Positions 49,202 through 59,499 of a DNA stretch of 64,000 nucleotides are shown in pieces; within the stretch, counting starts at the first letter, position 1, and every line of letters begins with the position of its first letter. Under the pieces are notes generated by a model that was not told the origin of the DNA, ran no database searches, and saw nothing but the letters and a program-made list of their open reading frames with translations. Position numbers and translations under genes: made by a program. Source of the DNA: Candidatus Latescibacterota bacterium (GTDB lineage: Bacteria; Latescibacterota; UBA2968); NCBI GenBank assembly GCA_965204745.1, contig OZ242010.1, forward strand, positions 2,592,001-2,656,000. Reading direction: 5' to 3'.

Positions 49202-50002
49202 TCAGTACCCCATGCTTCGCAGGTACTCGCGGTTGGATTTTGCCGCTTCTGCTGAGGATTTGGGTGGATAGGGGCGGTCGAGTTCGACGGATATCCAGCC
49301 GTCATAGCCGATAGCTTCGAGTTTTTCCAATGTGGCTTTTGCGTCAAAGCCGAGGTTGCCCGCGCCGAGTTCTGCGAATCGCGCTTCTGCGTTAAACTGC
49401 CCAGTGCGGTGGTTCCACGTTGCGGGATCATCGGCGTGAACATCTTTCAAATGCACATGACCAATGCGATCTCGCAACACCGCGCTGTCAAACACGCGCA
49501 TGGGATCGCTGCCCGATGCTAAGAGGTGCCCGGTGTCGTAGAGCAACCACAAATCGGGCGCGGCGGTCATCAGTTTTTCCGCGTCTTCGACGGTCTCGAT
49601 CAGGGTTCGCATGTGCGCGTGGTGAAAGCCCTTCACATGGTGCGCGGCGCAATAGGCCAGCAGGTCGTCCAGGGTACGCGCCGCGGTTTCGATATCCGCA
49701 TCGCTCGGTTCATCGCCGCCCCATGCCGCGCGCCTGAGCGAGGGCACTTCTGCGGCCTCGTTGCCCAATGCGATATTGTACCGAATCCTATCGCGTGGGG
49801 TCGACCCGCCCACGTTGACCAGATGCAGGCCATGGCTTCTTGCGAGATTGGCCTTATCGACCAGATCGTCGGCATGTTCAATTCTCAGACCTTCCACGCC
49901 ATCCCATCCGGCTTCGGCGACTTCTGCCAACACCTTTTCGGGATGCTCATGTTGCTCTCCCCGAAACTGAATCAAATGACAAGCCAACTTGAATGTGCCC
50001 AT
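49202..50002 (-). CDS. IolE-like sugar phosphate isomerase/epimerase TIM barrel
   Basis: GWDGVE, FHHAH, YDTGH, HVHLKD, GWISVELD motifs. Confidence 0.88.
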   Translation of the reverse strand: MGTFKLACHLIQFRGEQHEHPEKVLAEVAEAGWDGVEGLRIEHADDLVDKANLARSHGLHLVNVGGSTPRDRIRYNIALGNEAAEVPSLRRAAWGGDEPSDADIETAARTLDDLLAYCAAHHVKGFHHAHMRTLIETVEDAEKLMTAAPDLWLLYDTGHLLASGSDPMRVFDSAVLRDRIGHVHLKDVHADDPATWNHRTGQFNAEARFAELGAGNLGFDAKATLEKLEAIGYDGWISVELDRPYPPKSSAEAAKSNREYLRSMGY

Positions 50003-50176
50003 CCTGCATCCTTTCTGAAGAGTGGTTGTCGATCGGCGTTGATACTGTTTTTGGTGACTTGCGAAAAATTCCCAGTACGATTTATTTCGGGTTGACTTTT
50101 GAATCGCACAAGCGTAATTTGTCAACAACTTACGCGAACTTCCGTCGGTGGACAATTCAATTCAGGAGGTACTGAC

Positions 50177-50473
50177 ATGGCAATGACATTTGAGGAACTC
50201 GACAAGCAACAAGGCATACATGAACGCCGCCTTGAGACAATGGAAAAACGGCAAGACAAACAGGACGACGCGCTTGCAGAGATGAACGCGCACATCGGGG
50301 ATGTCGACAGGCGTCAAGCGAAACTGGAAGGGATTATAGAAGAAATTAGCGGCACGTTGGTCGAAATCAAGGAAGGACAGCGAGAATTGAGAAACGGGCA
50401 ATGGCGGCTCGTTCTGTTGATTTTTGGTGCATGGGTAACTTTGGCGGGGTTGATCCTGTTCAAACTGAGTTGA
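50177..50473 (+). CDS. Small coiled-coil protein with a C-terminal TM helix
   Basis: AGGAGG RBS; heptad pattern; hydrophobic C-terminus. Confidence 0.7.
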   Translation: MAMTFEELDKQQGIHERRLETMEKRQDKQDDALAEMNAHIGDVDRRQAKLEGIIEEISGTLVEIKEGQRELRNGQWRLVLLIFGAWVTLAGLILFKLS

Positions 50474-50550
50474 TTTCAACACGCCCCTCAAACACCGTGC
50501 GATAAGGCGACCTGTTTTGAAGTAGGTCGCCTTGATTTTTTTTAAGAACT

Positions 50551-52497
50551 ATGAACTCACCCGATCCCACACCGCAGAGTGAACCGGCGCGGCACATCAC
50601 CACGCGCGCCATTGTCGTCGGTTTGATCCTCACCGTCGCGATCTGCTGGTTTGCCACGGATACGACTTATCGGTTGCGCGCCTCTCGCGTCTCGTTGGGC
50701 CACATGCCCATGTCGCTGTGGCTGCCGTTTCTGCTCATCTTTTTTCTCAATCCGTTGCTGAAAAAAATTCGGCGCGATTGGATGCTTCGCCCCGGCGAGT
50801 TGGGGCTCATCCTGTGTATGGGCTTTATCGGCAGCGTGTTTCCGACGAAAAATGTCGCGGGGCGTCTCATCGCGGTGCTCGCCAGCCCGTATTACAAAGC
50901 CACGCCGGAAAACCGATGGGCGGAATTTACGCATGAACACCTTCAGGCATGGGCCGTGCCGAGCAATCAGGCGGGTGACATCGCGCATCTGTGGGAGGGC
51001 TTGCCCGCGCATCTGTCGATTCCGTGGCAGGTGTGGGCAGGGCCGCTCTTTTGGTGGTTCACGTTTTTCTTCGCGCTGTTCTTCGCGTGTTTTTGCATCG
51101 CGGTCATTTTACGCAAGCAATGGGTGGAATACGAACGCCTCGCGTTTCCCTTGGCGCAGTTGCCCACCTTGATGATTCAGGACACGGCGGCCGGGCGGAT
51201 CGGGTTCCTCAAAAACGGCTTGTTCTGGACCGGGTTCGGCATCGCCTCGTTCATTTTGACTTGGAATATCCTGCCCCTGTTCTGGCACAACCTGCCCTTT
51301 CTGCCCATTGGCCCCACCTATCGCACCACGATCTCATTTGGACACGATTTCCCGCCGCTTCAAATCAAGTTCAACTTTGTCATGGCGGCTTTTGGGTATC
51401 TCACCAACCTCGAAGTCCTGCTCTCCGTGTGGTTGTTCCATGTGTTGTCGCTGATTGAAATTGGGGTCTTGAACCGGTTTGGCGTCGCGGTGGGCAAGGA
51501 TTTTGGCAGCGGCTTGTTGCTCCAGCAAGTCGGCGGGTTCGCGGCGTTCGCGCTGTTTGGCCTCTTCATGGCGCGGCAACACATCGGGGCCGCGATCCGC
51601 GCTGCGTGGCGCGCCGACGCAGATGACGAGGCCGAACTCCTGTCTTACCGCACCGCGCTCATCGGCTTGGTCGTTGCCCTGATCTACGCGAGTGCGTGGA
51701 TGTACGCGCTGGGCATTTCGCCGCTGGGCATTGCCATGCAACTCGGCCTGTTGTTTATCTACTTCATTGGCTTGGCAAAAATCGTCGCGGAGACCGGGCT
51801 CGTGTACGTGGAGACCCCGTTGCGGACGCAGGAACTCGCCGCAGCCGCGCTCGGCACAAGGGTGCAAACCCCGGATCACGTGGGGATGGCGTTGGCGGCC
51901 AACAGCGTGGAAAGCCATCGGGAATACGCCCTGCCCTCGCTCGCACACACGGCCAAGGTCCACGATATCTTTCGATGGACGCGCAACCGCATGGTCGCGG
52001 CCCTCATCCTCGCGTTTGTGGTGGGCTTTGTCGTTTCGATTGGGTACACGCTCAAGTTGTGTTACGGCGCGACTGGCGCGGCCAATATCCGCCACGTTTT
52101 TGTTTTTGGCGGGTACAGCCAGCGCATGTTTGACCGCGTGGTCTCTTGGGCGTCCGAGCCGACGTTTTTTGGCGATATCGAATGGCGTTTTTTGGCCGCG
52201 GGCGCGCTCGGCACGTTGTTTTTGAGCCTGATGCGCCTGCGGTTTGCGTGGTGGCCCCTGCATCCGGTCGGGTTCACCGTGGGCTATGTCTATCCGGTTC
52301 GGGTCACGGCATTCACGGTCTTTCTCGTCTGGGCATTCAAGTCTATCGTGTTGCGCGTGGGCGGCATTCGCCTGTACCGCAATTTGCAACCCTTTTTCAC
52401 CGGGCTTTTAATCGGCTATACCCTGGGCGTCGGCCTATCTACGCTCATCGACCACCTCTACTTCCCCGGCAACGGCCACATGGTGCATTCGTGGTGA
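50551..52497 (+). CDS. Polytopic membrane protein, DUF6785/DUF6784-like putative transporter
   Basis: RKQWVEYERLAFPL and WWPLHPVG motifs; many TM helices. Confidence 0.8.
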   Translation: MNSPDPTPQSEPARHITTRAIVVGLILTVAICWFATDTTYRLRASRVSLGHMPMSLWLPFLLIFFLNPLLKKIRRDWMLRPGELGLILCMGFIGSVFPTKNVAGRLIAVLASPYYKATPENRWAEFTHEHLQAWAVPSNQAGDIAHLWEGLPAHLSIPWQVWAGPLFWWFTFFFALFFACFCIAVILRKQWVEYERLAFPLAQLPTLMIQDTAAGRIGFLKNGLFWTGFGIASFILTWNILPLFWHNLPFLPIGPTYRTTISFGHDFPPLQIKFNFVMAAFGYLTNLEVLLSVWLFHVLSLIEIGVLNRFGVAVGKDFGSGLLLQQVGGFAAFALFGLFMARQHIGAAIRAAWRADADDEAELLSYRTALIGLVVALIYASAWMYALGISPLGIAMQLGLLFIYFIGLAKIVAETGLVYVETPLRTQELAAAALGTRVQTPDHVGMALAANSVESHREYALPSLAHTAKVHDIFRWTRNRMVAALILAFVVGFVVSIGYTLKLCYGATGAANIRHVFVFGGYSQRMFDRVVSWASEPTFFGDIEWRFLAAGALGTLFLSLMRLRFAWWPLHPVGFTVGYVYPVRVTAFTVFLVWAFKSIVLRVGGIRLYRNLQPFFTGLLIGYTLGVGLSTLIDHLYFPGNGHMVHSW

Positions 52498-52501
52498 CGC
52501 C

Positions 52502-53563
52502 TCATCGCTGCGAGAATTTCAGGCAGACGGGGAGGGGGACTTTTGCGGTGTGTCCCGTCTCCGTCAATTTTCCGGTTTGGTGGTCGATGGCGAAAGAGAC
52601 GATTGTGCCGCTGGCCTGATTCTCTGCGAGCAGGTGGTTGCCATCCGGGGACAGCGCGATGTTGCGCGGGGTTTGTCCACCGGTGGGATGGATATCGACC
52701 GGCGTTAGGGTGCCCGTGGGTTTGTCGATAGCGAAGATCGCCACGCTGTCGTGCCCGCGGTTCGATCCGTACACAAAGTCGGCGGTGACGTGAATATCCG
52801 CTGTGTGGCTGGTGCCCGAGAAGTCGTCGGGCAAGGTGGCGATAGATTGGCGCGGGGTTAAGGCGCCCGTGCTTGCGTCTCGGGCATAGACCGTGATGGT
52901 ATTGCCGATTTCGTTGATGAGATAGGCGTAGTGCCCGTCCGGGTGAAAGGCAAAGTGGCGCGGGCCTTGTCCGGGCGCGACTGAAACAGAGGGCGGATCG
53001 TTGGCGATGAGTTTGCCATTGGCGAGGTCGAGTTGGTAAATCAAGATTTTGTCCAACCCCAGGTCCGCGACATAGACATAGCGGTTATCGGGCGAGATAT
53101 TGGCAGAATGGGCGTGCGGGCCTTGTTGTCGTTGCGGGTTGACGCTGCTGCCCTCGTGCTGGACAAAATCCGATGCTTCGCCCAACGCGCCATTGTCGGC
53201 AATGGGCAACAGACAGGTGCTGCCGCCGCCGTAATTTGCGACCACGGCGTACCGGCCCGTGGCGTCGATGCTGACATGACACGGGCCGGTGCCTTTTGTG
53301 GATTGCTGGTTGATGAGGGTGAGGCCGTCCCCGCGGATGGCAAACGCGCTGATCGCGCCCGCTCGCTCGCCTTCGTATTCGCCCACTTCATTGACCGCAT
53401 AGAGAAAGCGACCACTCGGGTGAATGGCGAGGAAAGAAGGGTTTTCACTCTCGACGCTGCCCACCGGGGTCAGCGCGCCGGTGTCCGCGTCATAGCGGTG
53501 GATGTAGATGCCTTTGCTGCCCTCGCGGGTATAAGTGCCGATGTAAGCGGTGATGTCGCTCAT
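52502..53563 (-). CDS. pgl: 6-phosphogluconolactonase (lactonase family)
   Basis: YIGTYT, NPSFLA, PHAH, GPRH, SNRGHDS motifs. Confidence 0.9.
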   Translation of the reverse strand: MSDITAYIGTYTREGSKGIYIHRYDADTGALTPVGSVESENPSFLAIHPSGRFLYAVNEVGEYEGERAGAISAFAIRGDGLTLINQQSTKGTGPCHVSIDATGRYAVVANYGGGSTCLLPIADNGALGEASDFVQHEGSSVNPQRQQGPHAHSANISPDNRYVYVADLGLDKILIYQLDLANGKLIANDPPSVSVAPGQGPRHFAFHPDGHYAYLINEIGNTITVYARDASTGALTPRQSIATLPDDFSGTSHTADIHVTADFVYGSNRGHDSVAIFAIDKPTGTLTPVDIHPTGGQTPRNIALSPDGNHLLAENQASGTIVSFAIDHQTGKLTETGHTAKVPLPVCLKFSQR

Positions 53564-53583
53564 GGGAATCTCCTTGTTGTGTT

Positions 53584-54681
53584 TTACGACTGGCTCAAAA
53601 TTGTCACGACCATATCCCCAAAATCGCTGGTGGAGAGCACGTTTTTGGGATCGGTGGTTTCGCCGGCGAGTTCGGAAGTGGCGTATCCCCGTTCGAGAAT
53701 TTCAAACATCGCGTTCCACAAGGCGTTGGATTCCGCTTTCATGCCCAGGCATTTGTCGAGGAGAAATGCAATGCTGCCGATCATGGAATAGGGATTGGCG
53801 ATGTTTTGACCGGCAATGTCGGGCGCCGAACCATGCGCGGGTTCGACGTAGCCTTTCTCCGGGCCGATACACGCCGAAGGCATCAGGCCCAAAGACCCGA
53901 GCAGGCCGCCCGCCTGATCCGTGAGAATGTCGCCCTGCATGTTTTCGAGGAGCATGACGCCGTTGAATTGCGTGGGATTTTTGACGAGTTGAAAAGCCGC
54001 GTTATCCACGAGGATGGGGACGCATTCGACATCGTCGTATTCCCTTGCCATGTCCTCGATGATGGCGTTCCAAAACCGCGAGGTCGCCAGCACATTGGCT
54101 TTGTGAACGTGGGTCAAGGTGGCGCCCAAACGGCGGGCTTCGTCAAATGCGATTTTGCCAATGGCACGCACCTGTTTTTCGGTGTAGATGCAGTCGTCGC
54201 GCGCGTATTTCATGCCGGTGCCCGCGCCTTCTTCTTTGTCGCCAAAATAAATGCCGCCCACGAGTTCCCGAATCATGAGAATGTCGATGCCGTCTTTGAT
54301 GACGCTGTCGCGCAAGGGCGAGAACGAGGCGAGGGATTTGGGCAATCGGATCGGGCGGTAGTTGGCATAGGTGTTGAATCGCTTTCGCAACGGCAGGATC
54401 GCGCCGAGTTCTGGGCTTGACGCGGCCGGGATTTTGCCCATTTCTTCGAGCGAAAGCCCCACTGGCCCTTTGACGATGGCGTCTGCCCGGTCGCAGATGG
54501 CTTTTGTTTGCTCGGGAAACGGACTGCCTTCATCAAAATACGCCCGTGCGCCAAAGGGCGCGTATTCGATCACAAATTCGTGGTCGAATTTTTTTTCTAT
54601 GGTGCGAAGGGCTTTGATGCCCTCGCGCATGATTTCAGGGCCAATGCCGTCGCCTTCGAGCACGGCGAGGGTTTTTTTCAT
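53584..54681 (-). CDS. leuB: 3-isopropylmalate dehydrogenase
   Basis: GDGIGPE, RELVGGIYFG, KANVL, EPAHGSAPDIAG motifs. Confidence 0.92.
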   Translation of the reverse strand: MKKTLAVLEGDGIGPEIMREGIKALRTIEKKFDHEFVIEYAPFGARAYFDEGSPFPEQTKAICDRADAIVKGPVGLSLEEMGKIPAASSPELGAILPLRKRFNTYANYRPIRLPKSLASFSPLRDSVIKDGIDILMIRELVGGIYFGDKEEGAGTGMKYARDDCIYTEKQVRAIGKIAFDEARRLGATLTHVHKANVLATSRFWNAIIEDMAREYDDVECVPILVDNAAFQLVKNPTQFNGVMLLENMQGDILTDQAGGLLGSLGLMPSACIGPEKGYVEPAHGSAPDIAGQNIANPYSMIGSIAFLLDKCLGMKAESNALWNAMFEILERGYATSELAGETTDPKNVLSTSDFGDMVVTILSQS

Positions 54682-54715
54682 GGAAAGCCCTTTCTGGAAA
54701 AGTGGTTGGTGGGGC

Positions 54716-55468
54716 CTATCCTCCGGCCCCGTTAGGGGGCATGAGTTCGGACGCGGCTTCTCTATCCAAGATAAATGTACAATCGGGATGCGTCTGTAAA
54801 AAACTCGCAGGACAGGCCGGCTGTGGGAGGGCCTGAACCGCACGGGCAATGGCTCGGGCTTTGCGCTGACCCGTTGCCAAAAGGAGAATGCGTTTGGCGT
54901 CGCAAATGGTGGCTATACCCACGGTAAGGGCCTGTTTGGGCACGTCATCGGGCTGCGCGAAAAAGCGGCTGTTGGTTGCCCGCGTGTCTTCTGTAAGATC
55001 GACCAGACGGGTGCGCGAATCGGGCGGACTGCCGGGTTCGTTAAACGCGATGTGACCGTTGCGCCCCATGCCGAGCAACCACAGGTCAATGCCCCCGCAC
55101 GCACGGATTTTGGCTTCAAAAGCGCGGCACTCGCATTCGGGATCGGCGGCGATGCCATTGGGAATATGCGTGTTCCAAAGCCGAATATCTACATGGGCAA
55201 AGAACCGCTGGTTCATAAAATGGCGGTAGCTCTGGCAATGATCGCCATCTAACCCGCGGTACTCGTCGAGATTGAAGGTGGTCAGGCGCGCAAAGCTCAG
55301 GCCCTCTCGGTTGGCGCGAATGAGTTCGGAATAGGTTTTCACCGGGGTCGCGCCGCTCGCCAGACCGAGCACGGCATCGGGCTTTCGGCGGATGAGTTCG
55401 GCGATTTCCAATGCCGCGGTTCGCGCCACTTTGTCGGGCGTATCGCAGATGTGGAGTTGGATGGGCAT
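54716..55468 (-). CDS. nagB: Glucosamine-6-phosphate deaminase
   Basis: GLASGATP, FNLDEY, GHIAFNEP motifs. Confidence 0.93.
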   Translation of the reverse strand: MPIQLHICDTPDKVARTAALEIAELIRRKPDAVLGLASGATPVKTYSELIRANREGLSFARLTTFNLDEYRGLDGDHCQSYRHFMNQRFFAHVDIRLWNTHIPNGIAADPECECRAFEAKIRACGGIDLWLLGMGRNGHIAFNEPGSPPDSRTRLVDLTEDTRATNSRFFAQPDDVPKQALTVGIATICDAKRILLLATGQRKARAIARAVQALPQPACPASFLQTHPDCTFILDREAASELMPPNGAGG

Positions 55469-55489
55469 AAGGAAGCGGGCAGTGGTAAA

Positions 55490-55590
55490 AGGTGAGACGG
55501 AAGACGGGAGAGGTAAGACGGGAGACGCAAGAGGGGAGAGGCAAGAAATAAGTGCCAAGTGGTCAGTGGTCAGTGGTCAGTAGTCAGTCC
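55490..55590 (+). repeat. Mixed AAGAGG/GAGACGG and GTGGTCA heptamer arrays
   Basis: Directly visible upstream of nagB. Confidence 0.8.
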
Positions 55591-55990
55591 CCGCCCATCG
55601 CCGCCCAAAGGCGGTTCGCAGATCAGGCAGAGGGCGCAGATGTAGGGGCGATGCTCCCGTGTTCGCCCAAAGATACAAGAGGGGAGATAGCCCTGCCACC
55701 GCACCGCCCAAGTGGTCAGTGGTCAGTTACCTCGCACCGCCCCCAAGCGATAGCTGTACTGATTGCTGACCGCGAACGACCAACCGCTTGGGGCCGGGGG
55801 TTGGGCGGACTGACAACGGACAACCGACAACTGATACCATAAAAACTTGCATTGTATTGTCGTCCATTTTCGAGAACAAACTTGCTTGATCGCATTTTAA
55901 GGCTAGATGGTCCGATCACTGACCATCAGACACACAACAGGCTCCGTCCTGAGATAGGGGCGGAGCCTGTGCATTGCGGATCGATAGGCA

Positions 55991-56977
55991 TTAGAATTGA
56001 TAGGAATAATACAAGGCAATGCCCTGTTCTTTTGCATAAGCTGCAACGCCTTCCGATGAAATCATATGCGTCACGAGGATGGGCAAGACCTCTCCAAATA
56101 GTGGTTTTAAGTGGTCCAGCCTGGTGAAAATAAAGCGATTGATATGCCTTTCGGACAACTGGCTTTTGCTTTCCCCGAGAATGACCACTTCTCGCCCATT
56201 TTTCAGCCCTTTGCCAAAGATGTTCACCTCGAGAGAACGGTTTTTGTCGTCCGTGAGGTAGGTGCGAATCAGTCTATCCTGAACCTCAATTCCATAATCG
56301 GCCTTAAGGAGATCGGGCAACGCACGATAGGCCGCATTTTCGAGGGTATAACCCACTGTCATAGCGAGTCCGCCGAGTTGCGAGCGGGTTTTACCGTGTT
56401 CTTTGACCAAGGTGTCGAGCCTTTCTGTCAAGGTGTCGAGTCGTTCTTCAGAACGCGCTTGGGCCGCCTCCACGCGGTCAAGCCGCTTTTCAGAACGGAT
56501 TTGGGCCTCGGTGAGTTTTTCAATGGCCGCTTCAATGCGGTCAAGTCGTTCTTCAGAACGCGCTTGGGCCGCTTCAATGCGGTCGAGTCGTTCTTCGGAA
56601 CGCGCTTGGGCCTCGGCGAGTTTTTCGATAGCCGCCTCAATGCGGTCGAGTCGTTCTTCAGAACGCGCTTGGGCCTCGGTGAGTTTCTCGATAGCCGCCT
56701 CAATGCGATCCAGCCGTTCTTCCACGCGATCCAGTCGTTTTTCAGAACGCACTTGGGCCGCCGTGAGTTTTTCGATAGCCATCTCCACGCGGTCAAGGCG
56801 TTTTTCGGAACGCGCTTGGGCAATGGCGAGGTCTTTGACAGCATCCTTGAGATCTCGCATATCGACTGAGGTCGCTAAGCCGACGTATCCTTCGCGCAAT
56901 ACCTCGGTGAGGGTTTGGATTTGATCTTCGGTAAATGTATCTCCGAGTTTGCGTTTGATGTCATTTGCATCGAACAT
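55991..56977 (-). CDS. Heptad-repeat coiled-coil protein with a C-terminal PD-(D/E)xK-like domain
   Basis: Repeated AQARSEERLDRIEAAIEKL units; GYTLE...EVNIFG...GESK. Confidence 0.8.
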   Translation of the reverse strand: MFDANDIKRKLGDTFTEDQIQTLTEVLREGYVGLATSVDMRDLKDAVKDLAIAQARSEKRLDRVEMAIEKLTAAQVRSEKRLDRVEERLDRIEAAIEKLTEAQARSEERLDRIEAAIEKLAEAQARSEERLDRIEAAQARSEERLDRIEAAIEKLTEAQIRSEKRLDRVEAAQARSEERLDTLTERLDTLVKEHGKTRSQLGGLAMTVGYTLENAAYRALPDLLKADYGIEVQDRLIRTYLTDDKNRSLEVNIFGKGLKNGREVVILGESKSQLSERHINRFIFTRLDHLKPLFGEVLPILVTHMISSEGVAAYAKEQGIALYYSYQF

Positions 56978-57144
56978 TGCGTTTTCTCCTTTCGATACTG
57001 GTGGTTTGTTGGCGCGAAAAATATACTCAGATTTGACGTTTTTGACAAGGCGCGTTTTATCTTTTTTTTGAAAAACACAACCGTGGGGTCTCCTTGGAAA
57101 TGACGGGTTGCCCGTTGGGGCAATGGCGGTCGGATAGATTTAAG

Positions 57145-57182
57145 CAAAATACCGCAACAGATCTGCTGCGGTATTTTTTTTT
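57145..57182. terminator. Bidirectional terminator hairpin
   Basis: AAAATACCGCA..AG...CTGCTGCGGTATTTTTTTTT. Confidence 0.65.
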
Positions 57183-57193
57183 GAGGGGGCTCG

Positions 57194-57499
57194 TCATTCG
57201 AGGTCTGCGAGGGGTGTTGAGAGGGCGTCTCGGAGGATTTTGCCGGGTTTGAAGCCCACTTTGCGGCGGGCGGGTACAAAAACTTCGTCACCTGTTCGGG
57301 GATTGCGCGCACGCGGGCGAGCATTGGTGCGTTTGACATCCCAACTGCCAAAGCCTCGAATTTCGATGCGTTCGCCTTCCATAATGGCGTCTGCGAGCGT
57401 TTCAAAGAGTATGTCCACGGCTTGTTTGGCCGTCGTGGTCTGACAATTCATTTCATCTGCAAGTAGTTTCGTCAAGTCCGCTTTGGTGATGGTTTGCAC
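57194..57499 (-). CDS. HU/IHF-family DNA-binding protein
   Basis: ITKADL, IEIRGFGS, ARNPRTG, FKPGK motifs. Confidence 0.93.
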   Translation of the reverse strand: MQTITKADLTKLLADEMNCQTTTAKQAVDILFETLADAIMEGERIEIRGFGSWDVKRTNARPRARNPRTGDEVFVPARRKVGFKPGKILRDALSTPLADLE

Positions 57500-57576
57500 G
57501 GACAACCCCTTCCACATAACGCGAGAGCAAAAAATAACGGCGACCTCGTTGCGGATCACCGATGATTTGGAATGGT

Positions 57577-57653
57577 TGGTGGGCGCACAGGGACTCGAAC
57601 CCCGGACCAACGGATTATGAGTCCGTTGCTCTAACCAACTGAGCTATGCGCCC
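57577..57653 (-). tRNA. tRNA with CAT anticodon (probably Ile2/lysidine; elongator Met not excluded)
   Basis: GGGCGCA/TGCGCCC acceptor stem, CTCATAA anticodon loop, GGTTCGAG T-arm, CCA; lacks initiator features. Confidence 0.93.
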
Positions 57654-57716
57654 AAGTCAATTCACACGGGCAAAGATAAAGAACAAAGGCCATCGGTGCA
57701 ACCGAAAATTGTGTAC

Positions 57717-59498
57717 TTATTCCGGTTCGGCCATCGCCTTGCGCCGGGCCGTGAGTTGGCGGTGTTTTTCCAGTGTGGCGCGCAGGTCGTCCGGAGAGAG
57801 GGGGCGGCGCAACTGGGTTTTGAGCTGTTCGAGTTCGCGGTCGAGTTTTTTGCGTTGAAACGCGTGGATGTAATCCCCGATGGGAATGACGTCCGGAGTT
57901 GCCATGCCGAGTTCCAAGGCCAACTCGGTCAAAATGCGCCCGAGGCGATCATCCCCACATTGGTCGATGAGGTGCGCGGCGCCCGTGCTGTGTTTTTGTC
58001 GGCGGTTGTGGGCGATCATCTGTGCGATGTGCCTGTACGCGCTGTTCGTAAAATCCTCGGGTGAAATTTCTCGGAACACGGCATCGGCGGTTTCGGGATG
58101 TTGCATCATCAGGGTGAGCAATTCGCGCTCGTAGCGCGGACGGGCGTCAAATTCGGGGGCGGGCTGGTCGTTTTGCGGACGCGATGCCCGGTTCTGCGAC
58201 GGGGCGCTACGTTGGGTTTGCGCGATGTGGATGAGGGCGTCTTCACCCAAGCCGAGTTTTTCCGCGATGTCTTTGATGAGAAATGATTTGCGCGCATCGT
58301 CTTTGAGGCGGGCGATGAGGGCCGCGAAGGCGTGTGCGGCGCGGGTTTTGCCATCGATGGTCGAGAGGTCGTCTTGCGCGGCGAATTGTCGCATGAGAAA
58401 ATCCACTGCGGGCGCGGCGCGTTCTGCGAGTTTGAGAAACCCCTCTGCGCCGTGGGCGCGCACATAGCTGTCCGGGTCGTGGCCTTCGGGCAAGGTGACG
58501 ACGCGGACCTCGAGGCCGACTTCAAAGAGCGAGCCGATGCCGCGCATGGCCGCGGTCGCGCCGGCCGCGTCTCCGTCAAATACGAGAACGGTTTTGGGCG
58601 CGTATCGCCGCAACAGGCGTGCGTGGTCCGGCGTGAGTGCGGTGCCGGATGATGCGACTGCGTTTTCAATGCCGTGTTGCGCGAGGGCGATGAGGTCCAT
58701 ATACCCTTCGACGACGAGCGCGACACCCGCGTTGCGAATGGCGTCTCGGTCGCGCCACAGGCCGTACAGGGTCGCGCTTTTGTTGTACACGGGCGTTTCC
58801 GGCGAGTTGATGTATTTGGCCCGATCGTCCGGATCCAGGGCGCGCGCGCCAAACGCGACGGGACGCCCGGTGGCCGCGTGGATGGGAAAGGCGATGCGAT
58901 TGCGAAACCGGTCGTAAAATCCGCCTTTTGGGTTGGGCGCGACCAAGCCCGCGCGCTCGAGGAGTTGCGGGGAGAACCCCCTGCGCGTGGCAACTTGCAA
59001 AAAGCCATCCCACCTATCGAGGGCGTACCCGAGTGCAAACGAGTCGATGATGCCGCGGGTGATGCCGCGGTCTGTGAGGTAAGCCATCGCGCCCGACGCG
59101 CGTTTGTCCTGCGTGAGCATGTGGTGGAAGTATTTGACCGCGAGTTCATTGGCGCGATAGAGTTGGTCGAAAACCCGTTGCTGTTCGGGGTCATCTGGGC
59201 GCGCATCGGGTAGGGCAATGCCGGCGCGATCCGCGACTTGGCGCACCGCTTCGATAAAGCTGATGGTTTCGATATCGCGCAAAAACGTAAAGACATTCCC
59301 ACCCGCGCCGCACGCAAAGCACTTGTAGATCTGCTTGTCTTGCGACACGGAGAAGGATGGCGTGGAATCGTCGTGGAAGGGACACAGCCCGACGAAGTTT
59401 TTGCCCCGCTGGGTCAGCGCGACGTGGTGGCCCACGACCTCGACGATATCGACCGCCAAGCGCACTTGATCGATGACGGTTTCTGGAATGCGCGGCAT
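57717..59498 (-). CDS. dnaG: DNA primase
   Basis: CPFH...CFAC zinc finger, KYINSPET, VEGYMD, FDGDAAG motifs. Confidence 0.97.
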   Translation of the reverse strand: MPRIPETVIDQVRLAVDIVEVVGHHVALTQRGKNFVGLCPFHDDSTPSFSVSQDKQIYKCFACGAGGNVFTFLRDIETISFIEAVRQVADRAGIALPDARPDDPEQQRVFDQLYRANELAVKYFHHMLTQDKRASGAMAYLTDRGITRGIIDSFALGYALDRWDGFLQVATRRGFSPQLLERAGLVAPNPKGGFYDRFRNRIAFPIHAATGRPVAFGARALDPDDRAKYINSPETPVYNKSATLYGLWRDRDAIRNAGVALVVEGYMDLIALAQHGIENAVASSGTALTPDHARLLRRYAPKTVLVFDGDAAGATAAMRGIGSLFEVGLEVRVVTLPEGHDPDSYVRAHGAEGFLKLAERAAPAVDFLMRQFAAQDDLSTIDGKTRAAHAFAALIARLKDDARKSFLIKDIAEKLGLGEDALIHIAQTQRSAPSQNRASRPQNDQPAPEFDARPRYERELLTLMMQHPETADAVFREISPEDFTNSAYRHIAQMIAHNRRQKHSTGAAHLIDQCGDDRLGRILTELALELGMATPDVIPIGDYIHAFQRKKLDRELEQLKTQLRRPLSPDDLRATLEKHRQLTARRKAMAEPE

Positions 59499-59499
59499 G

